A stretch of 63,447 nt of DNA, filler included, from Reticulomyxa filosa (GCA_000512085.1; 19 parts of 19 records of this genome joined end to end with filler, not necessarily neighbours in it), one strand, 5' to 3'; counted from the whole stretch's first letter, positions 13,410 to 26,009 are shown. Translations and numbers: made by a program. Notes: generated by a model from the letters alone, not told the origin.

Positions 13410-13642
13410 TGTAGTACTCATGATGTCGTAATAAGTAATTCGCGCACTACAAGTGAACTTTGGAACCCTTTATTCTAAAAACAAACTACTCACTTTCACG
13501 ACTTGTCTTCTCTCTTTCACTTGTTGAATCTTGTTTATTTTCTCTTTTATTTAAATCATTAATCTTTTGTTTTAAATCACTCAAAAGAGCGAAAACCTTT
13601 CGTATTACAGTTTGCACACCTCTTTCAGCAGGAAAACCCACA
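13410..13642 (+). mobile_element. Solo LTR (233 bp), opposite orientation
   Basis: TG...CA termini (tgtag...cccaca), internal tttcgtattaca and cagcag (reverse complement of family motifs), perfect 4-bp TSD caag (13406-13409 and 13643-13646). Confidence 0.8.
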
Positions 13643-13815
13643 CAAGTTTAGCGCTAATATGCGCCTTGCATTCTCTAAAAAAAAATTATAACGACTATTA
13701 TAGTAATGTACAAAATTGAATGCAAGTTATGATATATTTGCAATAAAAAAAGTATGCGATTAAAGAAGCATAAATATCACATATTAAAGTCCACACGAGA
13801 AAGGAAGTTCAAACT

Positions 13816-14032
13816 TGTAGTGTACTGGTTGTTGGCAGGATTCAAGTGAATATTGAATTTCACATTCACAACTTACGTTTTACTTTCTACTGCTCATTTT
13901 GTTTTGATTGTTTTAGTTAACTGTTGTTCTTCTTTGATTTAATATTACTTGTTTTTGCAGAAAGACTTAAGATACCAATCTTTTCGTATTACACTTAGTG
14001 CAACCTTTTCACAACAGCAATCACCTCTCACA
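13816..14032 (+). mobile_element. Solo LTR (217 bp)
   Basis: tgtag...ctcaca termini, internal ttttcgtattacacttagtgca, near-TSD aact/aacc. Confidence 0.7.
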
Positions 14033-14409
14033 AACCCGAGTTTCCGAATTATTTTTCAAAAGTGATAAAATGCAATTTAAATAAATGAAGTAAACTTTAC
14101 TTACAAAGCAAAGTAAAAACAAAACAAAGCATTTTGACAATCAACAAAACAAAACAAAAAAAACAAAATGTCAAAGGATACATCTTTTTGTGGTAACAAT
14201 ACTCATCAGAATGATGCAATAAATTCGACTGTCAATTCGATTTACTTGCTATCTAAACCTATGCATATACATATGTACTGATTTATCAAAAAAAAGTGAA
14301 AAAATCATGTGAAAAAAAGAAATGTAAAAATTTGTTGTAATTAGAGAGCAATAATATACATAAGTGGCGGTAATAACACACGTTGATTGCCAACAGAGGT
14401 CTGTAAAGA

Positions 14410-15303
14410 TTATATGATTTGTTGAGTGCGAGTTAATGGGTCAATATCCAAAGGTGTGACACGATTGTAATGAGGATGATCGGAATGTAGATGGTTGTCC
14501 GGTTGAACGAAATTTGAAAGAGATTGCTCGTGTTGATCCGAACTAGATTTAGAGGATGAGGGATGATACGCGGAGTTAGTGACAAGAGGTTTTTTAATTT
14601 TGACCACCATCATTTTTGGATTTCCCGTGGAAGCGATTTTATGTTTTCCCTTTTTAGGAATGACACGTTTGAATTTATTGGATTTCAAGTCACAAGTTGT
14701 AAGCGACGAGAGATCGCCTTCGTGTTTGGAGTCGACATGCAGAGCCAGTGGAATAGTACTGTCTTGTGTTGCATGTTCATTGTGCGTTGAATTATGTGCA
14801 TTTATATGTGTGCTACTTGTACTTGCATTTGTATTTGTTTCAACACCAAGTTTAGTTTTACTTTCAGTTTGAGTTTGAGTAAGGTGATGTTGAATAGCAC
14901 AGTGTAACCGGTCGATCAAGGTCTGCTTTTCGCCAACGTTACTAAAGCCGCGTCTTGTTAGCTCTCTTCTCAGCTCCACAATCGACAAAGTTTCAATCTT
15001 TCCGTTCTTGAGTACGTCCGTTTCAGTGCGTTGCGCACACGTGGCATAGGGAGGATAAATGTGTCTGGACTGCAAGCAAAGCATGGTTTGCGAAGGTGAT
15101 GGAGATAACAGTCGCTGTCTCTTGAGTGTGTTTCTGCGATAGTCTTCCATGGGACTTAATATCGAAAGCTTTCTTTTTCGAGAGCCTTTGCTGCTCTTTC
15201 TGCGAGACCTTTTGTTGGAGCCACTCGGATTTTTTTGTGGAGTGGACACGCTCAACGAATTGAATTCTGACACCGCAGAGTGTCCTCCATTGCGATCTGC
15301 CAT
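14410..15303 (-). CDS. SAP-domain nuclear protein (exon or fragment)
   Basis: IETLSIVELRRELTRRGFSNVGEKQTLIDRLHCAI matches the SAP consensus; basic NLS-like KRSRRK and RKRK. Confidence 0.7.
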   Translation of the reverse strand: MADRNGGHSAVSEFNSLSVSTPQKNPSGSNKRSRRKSSKGSRKRKLSILSPMEDYRRNTLKRQRLLSPSPSQTMLCLQSRHIYPPYATCAQRTETDVLKNGKIETLSIVELRRELTRRGFSNVGEKQTLIDRLHCAIQHHLTQTQTESKTKLGVETNTNASTSSTHINAHNSTHNEHATQDSTIPLALHVDSKHEGDLSSLTTCDLKSNKFKRVIPKKGKHKIASTGNPKMMVVKIKKPLVTNSAYHPSSSKSSSDQHEQSLSNFVQPDNHLHSDHPHYNRVTPLDIDPLTRTQQII

Positions 15304-15888
15304 GTTTAGATTCTATGGTATTTATATTTCAATATGTTATTCTACGTAACATAACAACAACAACAACAACAATGGAGAGGAGGAAGAGGAAGACCTTTGA
15401 TTCCGAATGACCGCAGTTGTCAAATTCAATGCGATGCTTGATCGCACTAGTTTCTTTTAATCGTGTTTGATCCTCCAATTGACGCGAGTTGGTTCGATAG
15501 ATTGTACGTCGGCAAGACAGTTGTGCCATCACGTCGCTGTCTGCTGGTATTGGAATCGCATATAGCTGTTTTTTGTTATTGTTATTGCGTTTGGAGATAT
15601 TATGCTTTGCAATTCCTTTCTAGCTCAATTCGAAGAAAGGGAACAAAACTTCTTCTTCTTCTTCTTCGTGTGGATTGTTATTAATGTCTAGAGTCTCTGT
15701 TCTTGCCATGTTGTCATCGACTCTTGTAATGACTGCTTGCTTTTCTTTTTCTGTTTGTTGTTGTGACGAGTTCTTGTTGTCGTCCAAACCACCCGAAATT
15801 GAGGACGACGGGAGGAGGGATTCATTACTGCTACGCTTGTTCTAGTGTTTTTGTCATTATGTAATATGCAATCACAAAACAATATGTT

Positions 15889-16290
15889 CTATCTTTCACA
15901 AAGTAGAAAGTGAAATACCTTATCCTCGAAAGTGCTTTTGTCAATTGTGTCTTCATTTTTATTCGTGACACGATTATCAAATTGTGTGAACAAATCCGTC
16001 TTCACATGATTCCAATCGATTGAAAGATCGCCCTTGTCAGCATCAACACGGAAAGGGATAGGCAGAGGATAATGGTTTGGACTTGACTCACTTTGCTTTT
16101 GTCCTTGCCCTTGTTCTTGTCCTTGTACTTGTCCTTGTGCTGGTTCGACTGTGCCAAAGATGGTGTCATGGACGTGCGGCTTATTGGTAACATTGAGCAA
16201 CTGGTGCACAGTGCGCAAGGCAGACCATTCGTTTGAAGAAAAAGGGGCCGATGAGTCGTCTTTGGACCAATGTTGGAGTGGTAGAAAGCA
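15889..16290 (-). CDS. Hypothetical coding segment
   Basis: Protein-like ORF (LPIPFRVDADKGDLSIDWNHVKTDLFTQF); connection to neighbouring exons unresolved. Confidence 0.3.
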   Translation of the reverse strand, partial: CFLPLQHWSKDDSSAPFSSNEWSALRTVHQLLNVTNKPHVHDTIFGTVEPAQGQVQGQEQGQGQKQSESSPNHYPLPIPFRVDADKGDLSIDWNHVKTDLFTQFDNRVTNKNEDTIDKSTFEDKVFHFLLCER

Positions 16291-18095
16291 TTTCTTGCAA
16301 GCATTTGAGCACCTTCCTTCTTTTTTGTGGCGAAAATTCCATTAATGTGGTTGAGCCATTGTACCACTCACTATCATTATTATCATCATTGTCATTCTTA
16401 TCATTCTTATCATTCTTATCATTNNNNNNNNNNNNNNNNNNNNNNNNNNNNNNNNNNNNNNNNNNNNTTAATTAATTAANNNNNNNNNNNNNNNNNNNNN
16501 NNNNNNNNNNNNNNNNNNNNNNNACGTAATAAAAAAATGAACACAAAACAATAAACAAAAGCATTTCAATATTTCTTTTAATATTATGGAACACAGCAAA
16601 TTTCTTAAGAAATTCAGTAGCCTATAATAAAATGAAAGGAAAAACAGCTTGGAAGTGTTACAACTGGCTGTTTTCACAAAAAACTTTGAAATGCACTGAA
16701 TGAAAATGGTTTGATGAGAATCTAATTTAAAAATAAATTAATGAAAACAAACAATTGAATTACTTGAGTTTATTCGAACACTTCAGTCTCTGAAAGTCAT
16801 AAAGGGCAAATTAATTAATTCTAAGATTAAAAAAAAAACTTTCTTGTACGGTCTTTGCCGGTCAAGTAAAACGCAATATTCGAGAACCCAATTCTTGAAG
16901 AGACAATAAAACGCGCATGTATTGGTTTTCACACGTTGTATTGATTTGACACGATTTTTTTCGTATGGGCCAGGAAGCCAAAGGCTTCGGCTTCCTCTCA
17001 TTTTGAATGATATTTTTTTTCTTTGTGGTTTGGAGATTAGTAGTTTTCTTTGCCATTTCTCCATGGGAGCATGTATTTGGACATTTTGTACTTCCACTTG
17101 AGCGTTGGCAATTTTTAATCCTGTTTGGCTTTTGCTTGCATTTGATGATGAAGATTGTTTACATATATATTTTAATCTTGATATCTGCATTGTCCTTTTT
17201 AAATATTTTCGATAAGTAGGTTTGATTTCGATTGATTGTCTTCTTTTGTCCTAATATTATGCGTTACCATGTTATCTTCAATTTCCAAATGATGTATTGC
17301 TTTTGGTCTGTTTCTTGAGCCAATTTCATTTTGGCAATGAGGATATTTTAAAAATCAAGTAAAGCATTTCAAAGTCGTTTTCGTCTAAGAAAGTGCATCA
17401 AGATTTTTCGGGCCAAGAAAGAAGAAGAAAGTAAAAAAATTTTTAGTGATATAAAGTTTTTACATTGTTGGGTTTTTGTAATATTATGATTGTAGTGTGA
17501 CTTCTTCACTTTTATTACCTTTTNNNNNNNNNNNNNNNNNNNNNNNNNNNNNNNNNNNNNNNNNNNNTTAATTAATTAANNNNNNNNNNNNNNNNNNNNN
17601 NNNNNNNNNNNNNNNNNNNNNNNTGTGACAAATGAAATCGTCAGTTATCATTTTCTTTTTTGTTTGTTTGTACATGGACTTGTGTAAAATGTTCTGTTTG
17701 TGATTGAACTTGATATCGTAGGGGACAACGGATTAGAATGCAAACTGGAAAGACAAAAAAATCAAAATGGACAATGTATGGCTACAAAATGACAAAGATT
17801 TGGAGCAACAATCACATGGCATCTCACTTGGACAATCATCATTGCAATCACAATTACAATTACAATCACATCTACAACCACAATCATCATTTACAATTAT
17901 AGTTACAATCATAATCATAATCATAATCACAGTGGCGAAGCAGTATTTTCCATTTGTTCCTGCTATATTTCTTGTAACATCTGTCTTACAACGTCTCCAC
18001 ATACACACACTTTCATCAGTTATTTTTTTTCCGCTCTCTTTTCAGCTGACAATATTGTCACTGTTGCTTTGTGTCTTGTGTGCATACTATAGCAT

Positions 18096-18841
18096 GTGGT
18101 CGAAAGAGAGTGTGTGACGAAGGCCAACATTGGGACACAAGCCGAAATAGAAACAGACAAAGGGACGGCCGACAATGTGGTGAAGCATCGAACAACAGCA
18201 AGTCGAATGGACGAGGCCGAAGCAGTCAAACATAAGAACGGACATCGATATCGAATGTATAAAGAAAGTATGGTGTCAACTTCATCCACTCGGAGCAGAA
18301 GCAGAAGCAGGAGCAAAAGTAGAAATGGAAATGGAAAGCACAGTCGCAAAGTCAAAGCTGAAGTGAAAGTCGACATTCCAATCACAGTCATAATGGCGTC
18401 GACATTTAAAACACTTATTTGCACAAGTGCTTTTGCTTTTGCTTTTGCTGTTCGTGGTGTCGGTGAGACTTGTGCTTCGATCATCGCAAAGGAAAAGAAA
18501 ATTGAGTAAGTGCACCTTCACATGACATGAATGAAGGCAAAGAGTGAACGGTTCGTTGGAAAGTTGGAGATACTTTACGAAATTGCCGATGTTACGTTCA
18601 ACATTTTTGTTTTTAAGAAAAAACAAAACAACAAAAAAGATTGTACAATGTGAACAGATGTGGTGATTGAGTGCTTGGACAGCAAGGCTTTTCCAGTGTG
18701 TTGAGCTGTCTCGATACAAAAAGGAACGAAAAGTCCGTTTCATGGGAAGCTTTGTGGCGAAATTCAATACACAAAAGAATGTTCGACTTTGGTGGTGCCA
18801 CTTACGAAAATGCCATTGATGGAAAAAAGCCTTGGATTTAA
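18096..18841 (+). pseudogene. Decayed CLK/LAMMER-type (CMGC) protein kinase
   Basis: RS-rich N-terminus (TRSRSRSRSKSR); RWKVGDTLRNCR|YVVIECL[fs]GQQGFSSVLSCLDTK across intron 18591-18657; MFDFGGATYEN (DFG at 18785-18793); subdomains II-VI missing; stops and frameshifts. Confidence 0.65.
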
Positions 18842-19877
18842 CAGTTGATCTTTTTTTTTTATTGGATACGTACATGTTCAATACTTTAAAAAAAACAATT
18901 TTGTACATTTGTCTTAAAAAAAAAAGGGTTGTGCTTTACATAGATCATTCAATTAAAAAAAGGATTATTATTTATTGCTATTTGTTCTTACTGCTTATCC
19001 TTGGTAAAGTTATACATTTTCTATTCAGTACCAGATAATAATAAAAAATACGTACCAAAGTAATTATGTAAAAAACACTTATAGATGTACGTACCGCTAT
19101 TCAATAAGCGGTCCAAAAAAAATCAAAGAATTTATTTAAAAAATGTAGTTGTGTTGTTTTTCAATAACTGCATTTGTTTGCCATCGCGTTTGACCAATGG
19201 TCAAACGAACAATACGTATAGTTTAGTACTTTTGCATTTTCTTTTTCTTTTTCATTTTTGAAAGTATTTGTGTGTTTTTAATGAATTTGTTTTTTTATTT
19301 TGAAGGAGCAGCGTGACAAGAAAAGAGAAAGAAAAGCTCATGTGAAGGAATATTTAAAAAATTTATTTGGTGATTTTTTTTTAATTGGGTTTGATTTTTA
19401 TTTGTTGTAGCAACCCGTTTGCAAAGTTGCTTTAAGAAATTTTTTTATTAAATTTCTGTGTTCACTTTTACCGTTGAATAACGGTGACAAAATTGTTAAT
19501 TTTATGAAAAAAAAATTCAAAAGTAAAAAAATTAATAGTCATCATTGATTTATGTCCGGTCAAATATCAAATCAATTTTGCTTGTTCTTCAAAAAAAGAT
19601 GAAAATGATATTATTGACAAGCAAGCAGTGTTCTTTCATTTTTTCAAAATTGGGTCATTTTTTGTAATTTGTGGGTCATTTTTGAACCAATTTTTATAAA
19701 AAAAGCACTTTTTGTCAAAAAAAAATTTCCAAAAACGCTTGATAGGGGGGAGATGATTCAGTTTTTTTTATGTTGNNNNNNNNNNNNNNNNNNNNNNNNN
19801 NNNNNNNNNNNNNNNNNNNTTAATTAATTAANNNNNNNNNNNNNNNNNNNNNNNNNNNNNNNNNNNNNNNNNNNNAA

Positions 19878-21182
19878 ATAAAATATGGATTCATGGTACC
19901 CTACAAACGCACAATTGGCGTTGAAAGAAGTGATTTACCAAAAAGTGTTCCATTTCAAGATAAAATTATTTCATTTAAAAAAACTAAATTTAATCCATTA
20001 TTGTATGAATGTGATTTGCACAAACTTAAAATGATTGGAGACACAATACATGTAAAATTGACAAGAAACAACAATTTGCAGAAATTGTTACACGAAATGA
20101 TAAAGAATAGCTGTTTGTGTGATTTAATTAATACTAAACCGATGTCTCATATAAATATCAAAAAACAAATTAATTATAATGAAAAGGATGAAAATGGTGA
20201 ATTGATATTAAATGATAAAATATTAACAATATTAAATGAATTGAAGATATTGTATTATGATGATATTCATAAACAAATGGGATATCCACTTCAATTATGG
20301 CATATTTGTGCAATTTTATTATATTGTGGTAAATCATGTAATGTTCAATTCAGTTATGATCAAATACAATTTAGACATTATAAATGGCCTTTTTTGGATA
20401 CCTATTTACAGGAGGCTATTATGATACTTCATTCACATGAAAGAGTTGAAGAAAGTGAAATGGAATTATATTGTGGATTGAAAAATGTGAGACTTGAGAA
20501 TATTGAAAAAGAAATAAAATCAGGATTTTTCATAAGTCATGTAAGTACTTCTGATGATATTCATGTTGCAAAAATGTTTAGGAGTAATCAAGGATGTATT
20601 TTACATTTTCATCCTTCAATGAGAAGACCGAAACTGATTGATAGTTGTGATGTGTCATGGATATCTCCATTCAAGCATGAACGTGAAATTTTGTTCGCAA
20701 GGTCTTTTATAAATTTTGTTGATGATGAAAAAATACATAAAGAACGAAATGCATGGAATGCAAAAGTAGAAAATGAGGACGAGTATACACAAATGATATT
20801 ATTGACATGGGCAAAATATGATCACTATATCCAACAAACTATGCAAATAAGTACAATGTGGAATCATAAAATTGATGCAAATCTTATTTATGTTGCACTT
20901 GATTATTGGTATAAAAGAGATATTAGTGAGACATTTGAACTGTTGTTTGAATTTGAACAGTGGAAATCCCGAGATAATAATAAACAAAAATACAAAGAGA
21001 GAATGAATGAATTTATAAAAAGGCGTTGTTGCGATCACAATATAAATTTATTGTGTACGTTTCTTTCTGAAAAATATAAAAAACGAACGGCTGTTGAATA
21101 TGCAGCAATGTATACTATTAATAACGGTTTGCCATTTGTAAAAAGAGATACAAATTTAATTCTAAGACAAAAAAAAAATTAA
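19878..21182 (+). CDS. Mono-ADP-ribosyltransferase-fold (ARTC/cholera-toxin-like) protein; frame open to the contig start
   Basis: Intronless ORF of at least 429 aa; LYCG (20466-20477), HVSTS (STS 20544-20552), SWISPFKHEREILF (ExE 20679-20687), with ARTC-like motif spacing. Confidence 0.7.
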   Translation: MKYGFMVPYKRTIGVERSDLPKSVPFQDKIISFKKTKFNPLLYECDLHKLKMIGDTIHVKLTRNNNLQKLLHEMIKNSCLCDLINTKPMSHINIKKQINYNEKDENGELILNDKILTILNELKILYYDDIHKQMGYPLQLWHICAILLYCGKSCNVQFSYDQIQFRHYKWPFLDTYLQEAIMILHSHERVEESEMELYCGLKNVRLENIEKEIKSGFFISHVSTSDDIHVAKMFRSNQGCILHFHPSMRRPKLIDSCDVSWISPFKHEREILFARSFINFVDDEKIHKERNAWNAKVENEDEYTQMILLTWAKYDHYIQQTMQISTMWNHKIDANLIYVALDYWYKRDISETFELLFEFEQWKSRDNNKQKYKERMNEFIKRRCCDHNINLLCTFLSEKYKKRTAVEYAAMYTINNGLPFVKRDTNLILRQKKN

Positions 21183-21517
21183 TAAAATGTAACGATTATT
21201 ATTTCACAAGCTGGATATGCTTTTTTCCAATTGTTGTATTTTCAATCAATTATTTCATCATTTTAATGCCTCTGCAAAACTACTTTTGTGTAATTCGTTA
21301 TTTCTTAGTCTTGGGAATTTGCTTTTGTCTATTTTCATCGATACTATTCGCATTATTGTTATGATGCATTTCAGAAAAGAAACTGTAATAATACTGTTGA
21401 AAAAAAAAGGATCTATTATTTTGTCACCTGGAAAATATATGACGATTGCATATATTATAAATATTTGAACACATTATGGAAATAAATTATGTTACATAAA
21501 TAATAAAATAATAACAG

Positions 21518-21961
21518 CCAACAAATGAAATAAAATGTATTATTCAATATTGGATTCGAGTTTTAAAGATAAAATTAGGATGGATCAATGAGTTTAACAA
21601 AATTGTTATCAACTATGTTAAGTAATTTCTTGCATATGTATATGTATATGATTGTTATATAAAGTTTGCATTTTCAAATAGGTAAAAGGTTATCAATTAT
21701 TATTGATTTTACAAAGAGTTGAAAATATTGGAAGAACATACAGACCGTGTGAATGATATACAATATTTTCTAGATGATCAGATAATTGTATCATGTTCAA
21801 ATGATAGTACAATTCGATTGTGGAACGTAGAATCAGGGAAGAGAATACAAATGTTAAACGAACATTCTGCTAATGTGAAATGTGTGGATGTTTCTCAAAA
21901 TGGAAATAAAATTATATCAGGCTCTAGTGATGGTAACATCCAAATTTGGGGATTTTATTAA
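21518..21961 (+). pseudogene. WD40 gene remnant with an N-terminal IIQYWIR...LGWI motif
   Basis: Motif exon 21518-21616; only two WD repeats remain (HTDRVNDI...IRLWN; HSANVKCV...IQIWG); internal deletion. Confidence 0.65.
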
Positions 21962-23357
21962 CAAAATTATTTTTTAAAAAATGAAAGACTTTGAAGTGCT
22001 TTTTTTATTGTCTTTTGAATATAATTTTCTGAAGTAAACTTTGATATATTTACATTTTGCTTATGTCTTACTACAAAGATGACATCGTTTATATGGAATT
22101 CAGCTCCCGAGAAAGATTGCAAGTGCACTATCAAAATTTCTTCTTAGCTCTCCAATGTGGTGTTAGTTTTCATTATACACCAGCATTTTTGAAACAAAGA
22201 AAACATTTTTTTAGAAATCATAAAAAAATAGATTTTTACAACAAGCAATTTTTAAATGCATATCAAGTGTTTCCTTTTTATTGTTTCATAAATAGTCAGT
22301 GTTCTTTAGAAACATTCACAAGTAGAAGATTGTGAACAATGATCATTTCTTTGAACTTTTGTCTTGTGCCAAACAATTTGATTAACAGAATTCTATTGAA
22401 ATTCATCGCACTTTATTTTACAATAGCATCAAAACTTATTACAATTCCAAAATATAATGCCTCAAATAAAAAAATAAAATAACTATGTACGAATGTATAC
22501 AAGAAATATTGAGTATACAAAGTGATAACAGTTGTTTGTAATTCTTTAAAGTTATTTGTTTAACATTTAGAAACTTTTGTTAATTTAATAATTCTGTATT
22601 GGAATGAGTACAAATATTATGAATAACCATTGTATTACGATGAAAATAAGTGTATTGATGATGACATGTTTATTTATGTTTCTTTTTTTTAATATTTGAA
22701 AAGAATAAAATACATTTTTTTTTATATTGTGCATAATTTATACTTTGACAAAGCAAAATAAGAGATTTGTTAAAAAATATGACTTGATTCAAGAATAAGC
22801 ACATACATGACACATTTTTTTACAAATTATTTTTCCCTTTTACAGCAAAAAAAGTTGTTAATATTTTTTTGCAAAAAAATTACATTTAAATCGTCAATCA
22901 ATATCATTCATATACCGTTGTGTGAATTTCTGTACGATACAAAATGGAATAAGGTTTATCAGATATACTCACAAATTTTTATACAACACATCACCAAAAA
23001 GAATTGGATACATTTCGAGTTTTGCTTAAAAAAAAAAAGATGTATGAAGAAAGAGATTACCCATACATATTTCAAAAATAGAGCTGTTCTAGAAAGTATC
23101 AAGTTCTACTTGTTGCAAATGAATGGTTAAACCAATAAAATCTCCTTCCATTCTCATCTCCAGTCATATTCTTTTCAATTTTTCTTTCCGTTTAATATCA
23201 ATCTTGCTGTAATAAAAGATTTAATCTTAAAATTTACAATTATATTCAATTCATCCTGCATTGTTTGTGTACGTACTTGGGGGTAATTTACTTTTGAACT
23301 TGAAAAGGGTTTTGAAGATGAACTTCAACTAAAGTTTTTATTTTAAAAGTAAGACTA

Positions 23358-23620
23358 ATGTCGTTAATTGAAGCAGAGAGAAACGAAGAAAACAAAGAAA
23401 ATAAAGCACTAATCTTTTCGTTTTCTAGTTGTTACAGTAAAGCTTGGGCTTCGTTGACAAATGACTCACAAAAACTTGATACATTAATTTGTTGCATTTG
23501 TAATGAAATTGCAAACAATGCAATGGAATTACATTGTGATGAACACGAAAATGCAGATCAGGTTTATTTGGTTGGAGAAGAATGTTTACAAAAGTATTTA
23601 AAACAGAACAATGGAAAATG
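23358..23620 (+). CDS. RING-like (TRAF-type) E3 N-terminus; 3'-partial
   Basis: LICCICNEIANNAMELHCDEH...VGEECLQKYLKQNNGK, homologous to the 41322 locus. Confidence 0.7.
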
Positions 23621-24274
23621 NNNNNNNNNNNNNNNNNNNNNNNNNNNNNNNNNNNNNNNNNNNNTTAATTAATTAANNNNNNNNNNNNNNNNNNNNNNNN
23701 NNNNNNNNNNNNNNNNNNNNACAGTAATCGCAGACGTTGTTATTTCTAAAAGATTATGGAAATCATCATCAGAGCTTTTTTTTATTTATGCATTTTTGTG
23801 TAGAGGACAGTCACTGCATGGACGTGTATATGATATATTTGTTAAAAATGATTTACATTTTAAAAGTTCTGCACATGTACAAAACCCTTTTGATCATTGA
23901 TGAAAAAGGGGCTTGAGAATTGTATTATTATCTCTATTTTTGTTTCGCCTTTGAGTGAAAAATTGAAATTGCGAACAAATACATTGTATTGTTTGCATTT
24001 GGATAACACTATGTACGACTAAAAAAAAATGAAATCGTTTTATATGATGCTTTTTGTATGTTTTGCATTTCGTGATTTAACAAATGCAAAACACTATCTC
24101 ATTTTTTTTTATTTGTGTTGATTCAAAAAGATATGATATAAGTTTGCCTTAATTGAATACCGCATGTTAATATTTTTAAGTGTACTATTTGTTTGGTATT
24201 CTCATGTACATATGATTTGTAAAGAGTAAGTGATCCAATGTGTGTATGTATGTGCTAAAAGAAGTGTTGTTCAT

Positions 24275-24961
24275 GTTAAATAAATATGAAATTATAATAA
24301 TTTTTTTAAAAAAATTTATATGAATGAAATGCCCTTTACATTGGCAATAATTTGTCTTATTTTCTCATAATAAACAAAATTTTTGAATTTAATTATACCC
24401 CCACCACCCACCGAATATCATAACATTCAACACACTTTTTATTATGTTTAATCTTAATGAAGGATATTGAGACTAAATGCATACTTTGCTCTGAGAAAAT
24501 TTGTCAAAGAATCATTGCAGAGCTGACAATGTTCAATTCATTTTTTTCTTTCTGTAACGCACGCAACACAAACGAGCATTCATTTTTCTTGTTTAATTGG
24601 TTTCCCTTCTTTGTCTGTTTGTAGGGAAAGGTTTTTTAAAGATACTATAACACTCTTAAATAGACATTCAAAATTTACTATTGTTACTGTAAAATCAGTT
24701 TCAACGTGACTGTTGTGTTAATGTGTTTTGCCATTAAACTTTTGAAAAGAATAAAAATGAATGAATTAAAACTGCATTTCTAATAAATAAAAAATATTTA
24801 ATTCTTAAGATTAAACAGAAAAAAAGTGTGTTAAATGTTATGATATTCGATGGGTGGTGGGGGTATAATTAAATTCCAAAATTTTGTTTATTAGGAGAAA
24901 ATACGCCAAATTATTGCCATGTAAATGGCATTTCATTCATATAATTTCATATTTATTTAAC
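24275..24961. mobile_element. Non-autonomous long-TIR DNA element (MITE, possibly Mutator-like)
   Basis: Imperfect inverted arms ~24275-24460 and ~24800-24961 (e.g. attatacccccaccaccca / tgggtggtgggggtataat); no ORF; degenerate 9-bp flanks gttgttcat / tttttgcat. Confidence 0.7.
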
Positions 24962-25322
24962 TTTTTGCATGACATAATGATAACATAATTAAATCATTTG
25001 ATTGTAACAAATTTACATTATATTTTTCAATATTATCGCCAATATATGACTATGTAAATATAAGTAATCGATTATTTCATTAAATGATCGTTTTGAATGA
25101 AAATAATGGACAAAACGGACAAGTAATAGTTATTCGATAATCAAAAAATTATTTGTTCATCAATTCAGAACCAGTTATAAGTATAAAGTACTTGAAGAAA
25201 GGGCAGGCTAACGCAAGTGTCCTTGGACTGCAAAATGCAATTTTCTAGTTTTTACCGACGAAGTAGTGTTTTTGCGATGAACTTTGGGCATTCTTTTTTG
25301 AAATAAAACTAAACAAAAACAA

Positions 25323-26009
25323 ATGTCTCGTCCAACAATAGTGAAAGAAGGATGGGTAGAAAAAAGAGCAGAAACATTTCTTGGCATGTCGTTTAAAAAA
25401 CGGTAAGCTGTAACAATATTATTTCAGTGGTCGATTTATTTTGTTGGGAACGAAGCACAAAAAGGTGAAGTATTGTTGGTTGATGAACTAGATGGTTAGT
25501 GTTGTCAGAGGACAAGACTCTGAAGTATTTCGAAGATGAAGGTAAAAACAACTTGAAAGGAATAATCAACTTAGGTGAGGCCATTAGCGTGCAAAAGATG
25601 AAGACAATGGATTCGACGAAAGCAAAAGGACAAAGTTATTTCCATGGCATTGTATTGGTGACAAAAGAGAAGTCGTGGACGTTGTTTGTGGAAACGGAGA
25701 AGCTATTGTATGAATGGTTACAAGCAATTGAATCTGTTGGAGTGACTTATAAAAAAGATGAGTTAGTACAATTTGGTAGCAACGCGGAGCCGACAAGTCC
25801 AATGGACTCGGCTGTGAGCATTAGTGCAAACAACTCACTCCGGTCTGACAAGTCACCAACAAATTTGAGTGACGCCAGCGAGGTCAATGTGACATCGCCA
25901 ATCACCGAGAAAAAATCGGTTATCGGATCACAGCTATTTTCTGAAGGCCGTACAAAGACAAAGTTTCAAAATATCTGGAACACAATAAAAAGCACCGGTG
26001 CTGATTGGG
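25323..26009 (+). CDS. N-terminal PH-domain protein; 3'-partial
   Basis: MSRPTIVKEGWVEKR...FKKR|WLVLSEDKTLKYF...LKGIINL...WTLFVETEKLLYEWLQAI; intron 25403-25491. Confidence 0.85.

Noticed and set aside
16783-17420. Minus-strand ORFs, possibly a decayed gene or transposase
   Set aside because: Stop-ridden frames with no motif I can assign.
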